Position numbers and translations under genes: made by a program | Notes under the pieces: model-generated | Seen by the model: only the letters and a program-made list of their open reading frames with translations | Databases searched by the model: none | Told to the model about the DNA's origin: nothing | Origin: Octopus vulgaris | Taxonomy: Eukaryota | Direction: 5' to 3' | NCBI GenBank assembly: GCA_951406725.2 | Contig: OX597814.1 | Coordinates: 202,306,001 to 202,370,000, forward strand | Length of the DNA stretch: 64,000 bases | Shown here: positions 49,318-64,000 of the stretch, one piece after another | How positions within the stretch are numbered: position 1 is the first letter of the stretch | How the letters are laid out: every line of letters begins with the position of its first letter

Positions 49318-50185
49318 TCAGGTCAGGCACGGGAGGGGAAATTCCACCATTTGTCGGTATTTGCTCGAGTCGTCCTGAGAGACCCCTCCGAGCTGTGTCC
49401 CATTCCCCATCCCTGCGAAATACTTCATCCGCCGTGACCATGAGGTATGTGACCAACCAACACGAACCGTCACCCCACCTGGATCCTCAGAGAGGAGGAA
49501 ACGGCACGCAGAATCCAACTCGGAAAACCGAGCAATATGACCAAACAGTCTGAACTGACACTCCTGAATCTTACGAGTAACAGGACATACTTCAGATTCG
49601 CAGAATTATGGGTTACCAACTAATGGTAACCCATAATCCTGCGAAACATGCTGGTACAAAGGAGCTCAGGCAACCCCTAAGGGCCCCGGATAATGTCCAA
49701 GCAGAGTAAGACAGGGAGGAAAATACAAACCTTTGTTCTCCTGCACAGATGTCGACAGCGCCAAACACCCTCGTCCAGTCAGTCCACCAGTGCAGCAGCA
49801 CGCCCAAGGCTTTTTATAACTTCGACATTATCCAAAGCCCTTAGGGATTGCCTGAACTCCTTTGTACCAAGATGTTTCACAGGATTATGGGTTACCATTA
49901 GTTGGATTTCGTATCCAACCAATGACTCTACTCAGAATCTGGAATATGTCCTATTACTCGTATGATTCGGAAGCATCAGCGCAGACTGTTTGGTGCCAAC
50001 AGAGACAGACGAGATGGATTCCCCCAGGGAGCCAACGAAACACTGGATCTCTGATTGGACTCAAGAAACTCTAAGGCCAAGTGGTTGCGCTCCTTCACTT
50101 AATGAAAGGGGAGCATTCCTTTAGGTATCTTGGGACTCAACAGAATAATCGCGTCATCTGCAAAATCCAGCCCATTGATGGATAT
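49315..50185 (-). mobile_element. Degenerate RTE-like LINE fragments with an inverted second fragment
   Basis: Minus strand LDFADD RT motif near 50150-50175 and GVWRCRHLCRRTK. Segment 49824-49993 is a diverged inverted copy of ~49540-49700. Confidence 0.6.
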
Positions 50186-50186
50186 A

Positions 50187-50261
<75 letters not shown>

Positions 50262-50262
<1 letters not shown>

Positions 50263-50942
50263 TTGGTGTCTGTGTTTGTTCCTTGCCGTCGCTTGACAAC
50301 CGGTCTTGGTGTGTTTACGCCCCTGTGGCATAGCGGTTCGGCAAAAGTGACCGAAAAAAATAAGTACTACGTTTACAAAGTCCTGGGGTCAATTTCTTTG
50401 ACTAAAAAACCCTTTAAGGTGGTACTCCAGCATGGTCGCAGTCAAATGACTGAAACAAATAGAAGAATAAAAGAATTATTTTAACCAACACTTAATAGGC
50501 TTTTGCCAAGAACTTGCAATCAAGCCTAATACCCAGGGTAGTCTGTCCTGCCCACGGGTGGTGCCTGGTCTTTGGTGTCTTTGGTGCACCGGGCTTATAA
50601 CAGCTGAAGAAGTGGCACTGTGGGCAAGTGTCTTCTACTATAGTCTCGGGCCGACCAAAACCTTGTGAGTGGATTTGGTAGACGGAAACTGGAAGAAGCC
50701 TGTCGTATTTGTATATACATATATATGTAGGTGTGTGTATATGTTTGTGTGTCTGTGTGTGTCCCCCACCATTGCTTGACAACCGATGCTGGTGTGTTTA
50801 CGTCCCCGTAACTTAGCGGTTCAGCAAAAGAGAACGATAGAATAACTACTAGGCTTACAAGGCATAAGTCCTGGGGTCGATTTGCTCGACTAAAGGCGAT
50901 GCTCCAGCATGGCCGCAGTCAAATGACTGAAACAAGTAAAAG
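50262..50942 (+). mobile_element. Two partial copies of the microsatellite-containing SINE (50262-50470 and 50612-50942)
   Basis: Shared body cgcttgacaaccg...ccagcatggccgcagtcaaatgactgaaac. Confidence 0.75.
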
Positions 50943-50944
50943 AG

Positions 50945-51345
<401 letters not shown>

Positions 51346-51362
51346 ATATATATATATATATA

Positions 51363-51695
51363 TAATAGAAATATTAAAATTACTAAGTCTCTATAAAAGA
51401 GATTACGGCAGCGTTTACTGGAAATTAATTGTTATCGCCATATTAATATGGCATTCTTATAGATATAAGAATAATCGCTGCCGCTGGTCAGCTCCATGAG
51501 GCCACCGCCTTAAGATAGCTATTGATACACGATCTGTATCCATTATAACCTTCGAACAAGGGAGGTCAGCCGCTTCACACTGCCAGTCCGACAGCTACAG
51601 ACGCGTTTCGGGGTATTGTCCCTTGTCAATGTAGCGCAGTCAGAACCCGCAGGTGTCGCCACTGACGTCTCTGTTCGAAGGTTTCTATTTACCTA
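51363..51695. mobile_element. PLE-like terminal repeat remnant in (TA)n
   Basis: Homologous to 46101; short inverted repeat aaccttcgaaca / tgttcgaaggtt; contains a hammerhead motif. Confidence 0.65.
51594..51635 (-). ncRNA. Minimal type I hammerhead ribozyme motif (U3-A8 core variant)
   Basis: Minus strand GCUACA-UUGACAA-GGG-ACAAUAC-CCC-GAAA-CGCG-UC-UGUAGC: 6-bp helix I, 3-bp helix II, palindromic helix III loop, GUC site. Confidence 0.7.
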
Positions 51696-51784
51696 GTATA
51701 TATATATGTGGATTAAAATTTTTCGAAAAAAATTCTATCAATGGCCAGCATATTAAAAAATACCGTTAAAGGTTAAGTTGTATG

Positions 51785-51852
<68 letters not shown>

Positions 51853-51957
51853 CAAAGAGGGAGAGAGTGACAGATATAGATAGATATACGTACGCACGTA
51901 TTGTTTTAATAGCTAACGATGGTCTTTTTTGGACACGACTGAACAGCCATTTCAATT

Positions 51958-52031
<74 letters not shown>

Positions 52032-52202
52032 CTTTCCATACATACACGTGTGTGTGTGTGTGTGTGTGTGAAAACTCAATAAAGTACTAATTTTAATTAT
52101 CGAAGTTTTAGTGTTTGTGAATGGCAGAAGGAGAGCGAACGAGAGGGAGAGAGAAGGAGAGAAAGAAGGGAAAAAAGCAGCAACGGAAGGCGATAAGTTT
52201 CT

Positions 52203-52280
<78 letters not shown>

Positions 52281-52544
52281 CGCGCGTTGTGTGTGTGTGT
52301 GTGTGTCTTCAAAATTCGTTATCAAGCGTGAAAGGCCTCAGTTCATTAGCTGCTAGTAAAGGCTAAGATGAAAGACATTACTGCAGCCAAATAATGTTTT
52401 ATCTCGATATTTATTCAACCATTTCACACTAGATATATTCATTTGTATATCCATTGTTCTGTCCTCTGTTATCAAGTCTTTCGTTGATAAAGTTCAGTCA
52501 TTCTCGTCTGACATAATAAAATGTGCCGGGCCGTTCTGTGCATA

Positions 52545-53100
<556 letters not shown>

Positions 53101-53520
53101 ATAGTTGTTTCTCACCGTTCTCTTGTTCTAACGGCTAGTTAGCTCGCTTCTAATATTATCTCAGCCTTTCCATACATAGACTTGATTACATAGATGTCAG
53201 AATAAAAATAAAACAAGAACACACAACATAGAAGCAGTAAAAACAATCAAATATCTCCTATTTCCTTTTGTTATCGCTATCATATCACTAAAACACGGTA
53301 AAAATAAATTACAAAGTAAAATTATGTCAATGAAAATACAATGGTTTACTGGGTTTTTTTCTTTAATTTGTACGTATGTCTGTTTGCTTTTTTTTTTTCA
53401 TTTCTTTGAGTTATCGATAGCTAATCTCTGGTGAAAAAAGAGATTACAGCAAGACATGTGTTTTCTGTGGTTAGGGGTCGTCTTGTTCCCGTCCACGGGA
53501 GCGACGTGGGATGAGAGAGA

Positions 53521-53568
<48 letters not shown>

Positions 53569-53787
53569 GATGGGAGGGGTAGCATATTCGTTGAGAGTCT
53601 TAATGTCGATCTGTTAAAAATGATATAAATGGTCGTCTGCAAGAAAGACGATCTTTGATATTTTCTTTCTTTCATTCTAGAATGGATGATAATTACGGGA
53701 CAAAGAAGTGTCTATTGATGTGTAGAGCTGCTCGTGGACGAGAGAAGTTAATGTACCACACAAATGCTTTGTCTTTGCGAAATGGTA

Positions 53788-54230
53788 TTAAACTTTTGTT
53801 ATATTTCTTTTGAAACGCCCTGCCTTTGTCTCAATTAATATTGAAAATAATGACAGATTTGCTAAAATAGCTTCGTTCGTCTTTATTCAGCCGGTGTTTA
53901 GAACAGAAACATAAATTAACATGAGATTTTGACGGAACGTTTTAATTTAGATCACTTCAAAACAGAAACATTGTAACAGAGAACCAAGGGTGGTCTCAGA
54001 CGAATTGGCATCAAAAATATTAGCCCTTTTGACACGATATTTCTGTTGAGACACACAGTCATTGTTTCAATTAGGTTTGAAAATAATGAGAAATTTAGAG
54101 AAACGACATTGTTATTATTAACCTGGTGTTTGGAACGTAAATTGAATGAAATTTTACCGGAAAAGCTTTAATTTTGATCAGTTTAGACAGCGAATTTGTA
54201 CCAGGGGAGATCTCTGACGTGTTAGTAACA
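53788..54230. mobile_element. Two tandem decayed ~230-bp MITE copies (possibly TTAA/piggyBac-type)
   Basis: Repeated atatttct.ttga...tcaatta...ttgaaaataatga...ggtgttt.gaac...tttaattt.gatca; degenerate ttaa/ttag ends. Confidence 0.5.
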
Positions 54231-55240
54231 GTGTCACACACTTAGTTAGCAGTATCACCCTTGAGCCTTCAGAAATTATTTGATTTACTTTAAAGTTTCT
54301 TTGTCGATTAGAAATCATTCTCTAAAAGATATAAATATTTTTTAAAGACGAAGATGAAATCAATAGATAAAGACAAAAGCAAGGTAATGCACCACTCTAC
54401 ATAGGTTGTTTAATGCTTCTATTGTATTTCAGTAAAGCTTTCGTTTGTCAACTATAAAATTCAAAAGAAATAATCCAAAAGTTTAGAGAAAGAGTTTCAT
54501 GATCGGCAGGCTATTTTGGCGTGTTGCCAATAACATTTTGTTTTTCTAATCTCTTGTATTATTATCTATCTATTATTTGATAAGGGAAAACTTTCCCGAA
54601 ATATCATAGAAGCATTAAATAATATATGCCGGATGATACAATATCTTTACTTCGTCTTTATTTATTGGTATCAACTTACATACTCTGCTAGCTTCTCACT
54701 TGCATGCAATAGTATCAATATTTTGCATACATATAACACTGGGGAAAATGGTATTAAAATGCAGCTGGAGTAATCTTTATTTGTTCAAACACAAAAATTA
54801 TTGACATCATTAGAAACACACTAAACAGCGATGATTAAAATATAGACATGTACAATTATATTTAACACGCTCATGTTCAATCAAACACGGAAAGACGTTC
54901 GCTACAGACATTGTCTCTGGAGAGTAATTTATATTATTCTGGTAGAGTAATTCTATAAACAATATGCGTGAAATCCACTCCACTAGGTTGTGAATGACGT
55001 CACTGAACCATAGCACACTTATTTCTGCGTCGTTACGCTTCATCACAGACACCGAACCCGTCATTCATAACCGACTAAGAACTGCCTTTCTTACATTTAA
55101 ACAGAAAATAGTAAATTTACAGATGTGAGCAAAGCTTTGTCTGAAAAGAGACTTTCTCTTCTGAGTGCCGTGAAAGCCTTTCGATGCTTGAGTGAATGTG
55201 TCCATGTTAAACATAACTTCACACAACTATATTTCTTCAG

Positions 55241-55548
55241 TGAAGATCCGTAGCTTAGTGGCTAGGATATTAGTGGCTATATCGTTTCTTGGCAGCGCAT
55301 TGTGTCGTTGAGCAAGACACTTTATTTCACGTTGCTCCACTCCTCTCAGCTGGCAAAAATTATTTGTTCCTGTATTTCAAAGAGTCATCCCTGTCACGCT
55401 CTGTGTCACGCTGAATCTCCCTGAGAACTACGTAAAGTGTTCGTGTGTCTGTGGAGTGCTCAGCCACTTACATGTTAATTTCACGAACAGGCTGTTTCGT
55501 TGATCAGATCAACTGCAACCCGCATCGTAGTAAGCGACGGAATGCCAG
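55241..55548 (+). mobile_element. tRNA-derived SINE
   Basis: Same family as 59470-59800. Confidence 0.75.
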
Positions 55549-56080
55549 TTAGTTACATTTCAAGACCGTTTCCTTCACGAATTTTGGGTGTTTTGAATCC
55601 ATGATAACAATAAAAAGAATAGTTACCTTAATGCAAATAAAAGGACTCTAGCTACATTAATACCATTTGTTCGTTAATGGCTTAATCCAGGAAGCGAATA
55701 GCTTATTGATGACTAGTGTGCATATAATGAATCGGTTGTATTTAATTATCAATATATTAAAGTTAATCATTCTCGTGACTTCATTGACCTTGTTACGTCT
55801 ACTAAAACTGTTGAAGCATTCTGGCAAAGGATTAAAAAGTCATTAAAAAGAATCAGTGATAGCTAGGGTGAATTAAACATAGATGAAAGCCTGTCTCTGA
55901 TCCTACTCGTTACAGTAGACATTCTGTTGGTTTGACTTCTCCCTGGTAACACCATTATGTAACTAATATATTTCTAAATCAATATAACTGAGAGATAGCC
56001 TTTATAATAAATTTATTAGCGTATTGATTGATTTGTGTTCACCTAATTCCAGTTATGACCATCATACCGTTTGTGAATAT

Positions 56081-56478
56081 AGGTGCGGGCGTGGCCGTGA
56101 AGTAAGAAGCTTGCTTCCCGACTGTATGGTTTCGGGTTCAGTCCCATTACGTGACAACTTGGGCAAGTGTATTTATTCTGCTATATCCTCGAACCGATCA
56201 AAGATCTCTGAGCGCATTTTGTAGACGGAAACTGAAAGAAGCCCATCGTATGTTTGTGTTTGTTTGTTTGTGTTTGTAACTGTATTTGTCCCCCATCACC
56301 GCTTGGCAACCGATGTTGGTGTATTTATGTCCCCGTAACTTAGCGGTTCCGCAAAAGCGACCGATAGAACAAGTACTTGTCTTAAAAGGAAAAATAAGCA
56401 CCGAGTCCAATTCACCTTCAAGGTGCTGCCCCAACATGGCCGCGGCCTAATGACTAAAATAACTAAACGATAAAAGAT
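56081..56478 (+). mobile_element. Microsatellite-containing SINE, full length
   Basis: Same family as 47843. Confidence 0.75.
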
Positions 56479-56987
56479 AGTATACCTTCACCTACATCAT
56501 ATAATGTCTTTTTAATTTTTTTAAGACAGTCAGATGTGATTTGAGTGGGAATTAGTTGCTATTTCTAGCTGATCCGCCGCTGGTGTAGAGGCTTCTTCGT
56601 TGCTTATCGCATATTACTGATAAATTTATCCCACAGGATTCACATATTGTAATTACGGTTAACAAACTTTGACTTGCATTTTGACTTCATACTTCCTGTT
56701 TACTCACTCAAGACTGGCCAGTGGTCAAACAGCAACAACAGTAGAAGCAGCAGCAACAGCAATAGAAGCAGCAGCAGCCGTCCAAGAATTTGGACCTGGA
56801 GCTCTCCATTTCCAGCGACTTCGAGGGCCACCTCCCAGTGGTGTCGGGCATCAACGAAGAGCCCTCGACTACAATAAGACGGCCAAAGTTTTTTTTTCCA
56901 AGGTCTGGAGTGTCCCGCCCCTAAGCCCTAGACCATCACCTAATCACCCTTACCCGTCTTGTTGCTTAACAACAACAACAACAACAT

Positions 56988-57037
<50 letters not shown>

Positions 57038-58100
57038 GCAACAATAACAACAGCCTCTAATTAGAATTTTTTCAATATTCTTTTATTCTTTCAATCTTTT
57101 ACTTGTTTCAGTCATTTGACTGCGGCCATGCTGGTTAGATATTCTGTTCTTTATGTAATTTTCAATGGAGCCTATATTGTAGTTATTTCGTCCCTCAGAT
57201 TCTGCCTCACACCTATATATTAAACTTTGTTGTTTGCAAAAATTTTTTGGCGGTTAGTGGTTTTTAAATTTACAATCGCAATTTTCCTTTTCAGTTTCCC
57301 TTCTAATAATGCTGTGCGTATTTTCCCCGTGTATAGAGTTATTTCCATTTTGTTTATCTCTAATGTTTTGATTCCTAACCATAGGTTTTTTTGGGGTACT
57401 CTGTTTCCTATCTGTCTTAATCTTGATATTTACACTCATTTTGTGTTCATTGCTTCCGCTATAAGTATTCTCATATATTTCTGAGCTATTACTAATGTTA
57501 TTACTTTTATTGTTATCATTATGTGTTATTTTTTGTTATCCTTTTACTGGTTTGCGAGTATTTATTTTTCTTATTCACATGGGAGATATTATGGGCTACC
57601 TTCCTTCTTTCACTTCTTGTGTTTTCCGTATTCTCGTTATGATCAGCATTACTATGGTCAGCAAGCAGGCTATCTGGATGGTTCTTACCTCTATTATCAT
57701 AGGAATCATTCAATTTTTTATCATTCAGTGCAGATATAACTTATGCTATGTTTTTTGAAAGGTAGACGCCTACTTTTAGATAACAAGCGTTTAATATCTT
57801 GTGTTATTTATTCTCCGCCGTAAAATGTCTGGAGACAGCTTTATAGAACAGCTTTACTAAATTGGTTTCAATTTTTTTCGCAAATTGAATTATTAGCCAA
57901 ATGTGTCAATTTTCGCCCAGAAGAATTATCTACCATCGTTCTTTCATGATGCAATTTTAATTGTAATTTGAATGAAGATTGATATGGAAACGATCGTAGG
58001 CTTATATAATTGACAAAATGTAAATAAATTTATTATGCTCTGTTCAGACTCTCCATTCTCTTTATGATATATTAATACACACACACACACATACACACGT

Positions 58101-58140
<40 letters not shown>

Positions 58141-58549
58141 CAAGATTAGAGTAATAATGAAAAGCAAATCGTTTGGTATCTCTTGGAAAATACACTTAAT
58201 TTAGATAGAGAATATAGACATACGGAGTCTCTTACAGCCGTTTCAAGAATTGCCAAGTGTGTGGATCACCATATTGAGTATGTATTTCATAGATTGAGTA
58301 TTTCCGTTATCAGAGAGTGAGAAATCAAACTGGAACTGCAATCTGCCACTATTATTCGCCTTGGATTATCATCGAACATTCTCATTTGAAACTGCTTATG
58401 GATATCACCTATAACTGTATATTTCAGTCGATCACGGATTACCCAACGAATTCTTATTTTACTCTCATCCTTTCCCTGCTCTTGACAAATTGGAATACAC
58501 TAATATCCTGAGATTGGGGATTTTCCCTCGTTTTTTCATCTCTGATTTC

Positions 58550-58589
<40 letters not shown>

Positions 58590-58939
58590 CCTCTCTAATT
58601 ACGATATACTCAGCCTATGGAATTCTGACTCAATATGATGATATATGTTTGGCTATTCTAGAAACAGCTGTAAGAAATTTTTTATGTCTATTCTCTAAAT
58701 TAAATATCTTTTTTAAGTGATGAAAAACGGTTTGCCATTTCATTATCGCTTTTAATCTTTATCTACCTGCTCAAGGAAAAAACCACCTATAGTCGCTTCT
58801 GATAGGCAGTCTCAACATCACACATTCAGGTGCAGTTCAGACCAGAGTTTTAGTGCTAAACCAAACAGAGCACATATAGTACATGACTCTTTAAGTCAGT
58901 TCACAAAAACTCTTTACATATTCTGTATGTAAGTATGTA

Positions 58940-58970
<31 letters not shown>

Positions 58971-59046
58971 GCTTGTGTGTCTATGTGTCTGTATGTGTCC
59001 GTGTGTGTTCTGTATGTATGTATGTATGTTTGTGAGTGCGTGTGTA

Positions 59047-59079
<33 letters not shown>

Positions 59080-59469
59080 GCACACACATATATATCACCT
59101 TCACCCTTAGATTCTTACACCTTTTCATTCCCCGCGAGGAGGTCGATTCTTTGCCCTTGATTGTGAATCATACTTTGTTCGTCCGTCACTCTTACACCGC
59201 TCTTCCTTCTCCTTCCTCACTCTTTTCCTTTCATGTTTTTTACTTTTAATTTTCCACCTCAACTTTCTCCGAGCGTCAAATTAATATATTTACTGTGAAT
59301 ATCCATCTGACTTTTCTTGTTCTGCTTTTGTTCTTGAAGTTGCCGTCCGTCAACCTTTTGCCCATACATACATACATACATACATACATACATACATACA
59401 TACATACATACATACATACATACATACATACATAGTGCGTATATATATAGTGCATATTTATATATGTAG

Positions 59470-59798
59470 TGAAGGCGCGTGGCTTAGTGGTTAGAGCATT
59501 CGGCTTACGATCTAATGGTCATGAGTTCAATTTCATTTCCGCTGGTGACGCATTGTGTCCTTGAGCAAGACCCTTTAATCTACGTTGCTCCAGTTCACTC
59601 AGCTGGCAAAAATGAGTTGTACCTGTATTTCAAAAAGCCGGCCGTGTCACACTTTGTGTCACGCTAAAACTCCCTGCGAAATACGTTTATGGTACACTTG
59701 TATGTGTAGTGCTCAGCCACTTGCACCTTAATTTCACGAGCAGGTTGTTCAATTGATTGTATCAGCTGGGGCCATCGTCGTTGTAACCGACGGTGTGC

Positions 59799-59800
<2 letters not shown>
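59470..59800 (+). mobile_element. tRNA-derived SINE
   Basis: gaaggcgcgtggcttagtggttagagc head, central gtgtccttgagcaagac domain. Confidence 0.8.
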
Positions 59801-59859
<59 letters not shown>

Positions 59860-59865
<6 letters not shown>

Positions 59866-60079
59866 GTTCAAAAAGTCTCTCCGCAGTGAATTCTTTTCTC
59901 CAAGATGTATTCCAAAACATGTGTAGAAGAGTTCACTTATGTATTGAAAATGAATGACAACAGTTTTAAAGCTTTTTAAAATCTTGTAAAGTCTAATATA
60001 TTCTTTTGTAGTCTTATACCATCTTATAAATATTTATTTTGCAATAAAATACTTACTGCGGAGAGACCTTTTGAACACC

Positions 60080-60082
<3 letters not shown>
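59860..60082. mobile_element. Tc1/mariner-type MITE
   Basis: TIRs agggtgttcaaaaagtctctccgcagt / actgcggagagaccttttgaacacctt. Confidence 0.8.
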
Positions 60083-60118
<36 letters not shown>

Positions 60119-60215
60119 TCGTACTTTTTTGTTGTACACGTTTCAAGATGTCTTGTGCCCACATATGCATATATATATATACGTATATATGTATATACAT
60201 ATACTTATGTATATA

Positions 60216-60252
<37 letters not shown>

Positions 60253-60258
<6 letters not shown>

Positions 60259-60430
60259 ATATTTCGGAATGGTCATTTTGCCAGTTTAGACAATAAAAAC
60301 ACACGCACTATATATTTGGTGTTATTTTGCTTCATTGTTATTTATTTTTTACATTAATCTTAATCTTATTTCGGCCAGAGTTCTTTCGTCACACTCCTGA
60401 TAACTATATATGTGTATATATATGTATATG

Positions 60431-60512
<82 letters not shown>

Positions 60513-61063
60513 GTAGATTTTTTTTTTTTTTTATTTATATATATTTTTTTTTTTCGATTCGATTTATTATTATTATTACTAGTATTGTTGTTATACATAC
60601 AAGCATATGTAATGATAATAATAAGTGGATGAAAACACATGAACAAAATAAGAATAAACAAAATACAAATTACATGAACATATATAAACAGAAGATACAA
60701 ATATTACAGGCATCCCCTCCACACACTAAATAAACATAAACGCACATAGAGATATAAGCATGCGCAAATAAAGACATACAATAGAAATACAAAATGGCTG
60801 ACGGTTAGTAAGGAGAGACACAAATAAGAAAGAAGAAAACAAAGGACCACTGATGTGGTCACAGGAATGTGACGAAAGAACTCCGGCCGAAATAAGATTA
60901 AGATTAATGTAAAAAATAAATAACAATGAAGCAAAATAACACCAAATATATAGTGCGTGTGTTTTTATTGGCTAAACTGGCAAAATGACCATTCCGAAAT
61001 ATAACAATATCTGTTTCAACACACGACTTCACATAGAAAATCTTGCACAACAAATATTTAAAC

Positions 61064-61064
<1 letters not shown>
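60253..61064. mobile_element. PLE-like remnant with ~147-bp inverted arms separated by (TA)n
   Basis: Arms 60253-60399 and 60862-61008; hammerhead-like ctgatgtg-gtcaca-ggaa-tgtgac-gaaa-gaac-tc at 60850-60883. Confidence 0.65.
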
Positions 61065-61089
<25 letters not shown>

Positions 61090-61100
<11 letters not shown>

Positions 61101-62520
61101 TGAGAATGTGTGTCTGTTTGTCTGTGTGTTTCCCTAAAACTTGAGAACTACGCAACCAATTTCATTCAAATTTTACACATGCCTTACTTAGTGTCCATGT
61201 AGTTTCATGGGCAAAAAAATGTTCAACTTCTAGCCTAGAGCGAACCCATAGCAATATCATATCTTCTCCACTATTTCAGTATTACGTGTTAAAAGTGAAA
61301 CAAAAACGTTTCTCTATTTTAAGTCAGATACTTTCACTTTAGCAATAAAATAATAATAACAATTGAATTATATGTAGTAAGTAATAATTAAAATCAAACT
61401 AAAGTATAATATAATCGTAACATAACAAAAGTAAAAATAGCAATTTGGTACAAAATTGCATCAATGACTTGAACTTGAATAAGTGGTTTCACATGAGTGG
61501 GAATAAATTAAAAATAAAATTAGCGTGCAGAAATGGAGTAGTCCAGATGGATAATAGAAAAATTAAATTAAAGAAAAGACTATTGTCTATAAAGTATACA
61601 ATGTAGAGAAAAAAAAGAAGATTTGAACACATGGAGGAAAGAACCTTCGAAAAGTGTCTTGGTGCAACTATGAAAGTTATCTACAGAGGCGGTAAATTCG
61701 CCACAATAGAAGCAAGGTTCGAGTCAACGGAGCGTGCAAGAGAGTACTCAACTCGAACTTGCAAAGTGGAAATATTTTAATTTTACCTTTATATCTGGGA
61801 CGTAGGACGTCCCGGAAAAAAATTTTAAATGCCCCCCCCCCCCACCCCCCCAAGTAGAGGTAGGCTGGATTGTAGCCACGCTTCTATACAAGAGGGAGAA
61901 CAAGATACAATTGATCGAAATTACAAGAGACGGGCTAACAATTCCAGTCTGTTATATATTTTGAGTATTGTTATCACTAGCGATATCAAAATATAAGTTT
62001 GTATTTTGTATTTTATGTGTAGATGTATATATATAGATGTACATGTAATATGTACACATATATATACACATATATACATGCACTAGCACTATGACCCGGC
62101 AACGACGGGTCTTTAATGCTAGTATATATATACATAAAACTAAGAATGTGTGTCTGCCTGTCTGTCTGTGTGAATCCCTAAAACGTGAGAACTACCCAAC
62201 CAATTTCATTCAAATTTTACACATGCCTTACTTAGGGTCCAGGGAGTGTCATGGGCAAATTTTTTTAAACTTTGTGCCTAGGGCAAGCCCACAGCAATAT
62301 AACTTCTCCACTATGAATCCCTAAAACTTGAGAACTACACAACCAATTTCATTCGAATTTTACACATGCCTTACTTCTAACTTCTTGCCTAGGACGCGCC
62401 TACAGCAATATTATATCTTCTCCACTATTTCAGTATTACGTGTTAAAAGTGAAACAAAAACATCTCTCTATTGTTATGTCAGATACTTTCACTTTAATAC
62501 TGAAACTATTAAAGTCAAAC
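61090..62520 (+). mobile_element. Tandem Helitron-like non-autonomous elements
   Basis: 5' block tataaaact.agaatgtgtgtctg repeated near 61092 and 62134; 3' hairpin gacccggcaacgacgggtc followed by ctagt at 62091-62123. Confidence 0.65.
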
Positions 62521-62856
62521 TATTATATAAGAGGGATGAACCATTAACAGTGGATATCGATTTTGCTTGAAGATCCGCTATGGTCTTGAATGCTACACCC
62601 CTGGTTTTCAATTCATATCAATCAAATTAATATTCAATTTCTCACCCTTATTATTTTAAATTTAAATTTAAACCCAGAACCATGTGTTTTGGAACGAAGT
62701 TTGTTACCACACAGCCACACCTGCACCTATGTATGTGTGTGTGTGTGTATAGCTGTATATGTATACATTTCTTTCTATACATAAAGATGTATATGTATAC
62801 ATGTATATGAGTAGATGTGTACATATATATACACCCATACACACATACACACACAT

Positions 62857-63165
62857 GTGCAGGTGTAGCTGTGTGGTAACAAACTTCGTTGCAAAACACA
62901 TGGTCCTCAGTTCAGTCCCTCTGTGTGGTGACTTGGCATGTGTCTTCTGCTATAGCCCCAGACCAACCAAAGCCTTGTCAATGGATTTTGTAGACAGAAA
63001 CTGAAAGAAATCAATCGTATATATATGTATATATGTAAGCCTGTGTGTGTGTCTTTGTGTTTCTCCCAAATCACTGCCCCACAACTGGTGTTCGTTTATT
63101 TACATCCCCATAACTTACTGGTTTCACAAGAAGAAACTGATAGAATAAGTACCAGGCTTATCAAA
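62857..63165 (+). mobile_element. Decayed microsatellite-containing SINE; an inverted head fragment lies at 62672-62726
   Basis: gcaggtgtagctgtgtggtaacaaacttcgtt and its reverse complement upstream. Confidence 0.65.
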
Positions 63166-63282
63166 AAAAAAAAAACACTACGCAGTATCTCATATTTTTG
63201 TTTGACCGCACAATTTATCTTTGTGTGTGTGTGTGTGTGTACATATATATATATATAATGCACACACACGCGCGCGCGCGCA

Positions 63283-63359
<77 letters not shown>

Positions 63360-64000
63360 GTATGCATATGTGTACATTCATATTTATTATATCAAAGACA
63401 ATGTCTTTATGTGTTCGTGTATTACTTATACATTCGAAAATTGCTGCACCGATCATAATGAAATTTGGAACACAAAATCCAAGCCAAGGGAGAAGGGTAA
63501 TGCTGTGTGTTTCATACGTCATGGACCAAAATTACTGAATAGAATCCTTATGATATTTGAAACTTAGATTCAATGCATAAGGGCTGGTATAATGCAATAT
63601 GTTTGGTTTGAATTTCAGATGGCTTAAAGGGGGCAGATCCCCCAAGGAAGTTCATAAATTTTCGATGTTGATGAAATTTTAACCATGGGTAATTGACACA
63701 CATCAAGAAGTACTCTCAAAGTTTCCACTTCACATGAGGATTCTAAGACACCCAAATGGGGGCCTTCACTCCCAAATTTTAGTCATTTCTTTTATGATCC
63801 AAAACTAAGTCAAAAGTACTGAATGGATCTTTACGAAATTTGGAAATTATATTCTATGCATAAGGGCCGCAACCCCCATGACAATGCATATATTTTTGCT
63901 GTTGATGAAATTTTAACCATAGATATTAGATACAAATAAATTAATATATATATAAAATTTCATCTTCTTACAAGTTATAAAGAACCCACCATGGAGACTT

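Noticed and set aside
58200-58550. TNSYF...TNWNTL peptide resembling a LINE ORF2 end
   Set aside because: Too short and degenerate to call.

Overview
AT-rich, microsatellite-dense animal genomic DNA. The SINE families and repeat landscape suggest octopus or another coleoid cephalopod (inference from recalled repeat sequences). No host protein-coding gene can be called with confidence. The dominant structure (19101-42650) is a head-to-tail array of four full-length, nearly identical ~5.85-kb Tx1-clade non-LTR retrotransposons. Each has a CCHC-knuckle ORF1 and an APE-RT-zinc-finger ORF2, and each is joined to the next only by (ATT)n inside an (ATT/GTT)n microsatellite. The spacer between copies 2 and 3 exactly repeats the 69-bp interrupted microsatellite that precedes copy 1, and copy 4 is a sequence mosaic. 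A tRNA-derived SINE in the window has a 3' tail resembling this LINE's 3' end, and heads of the same family follow ATT repeats in the same polarity, suggesting a LINE/SINE pair. Elsewhere there are an R4/Dong-like cluster in (TAA)n, Penelope-like remnants in (TA)n with inverted arms, a GIY-YIG fragment and minimal hammerhead motifs, a hAT transposase remnant, MITEs, Helitron-like elements, a probable solo LTR and RTE/CR1 fragments.
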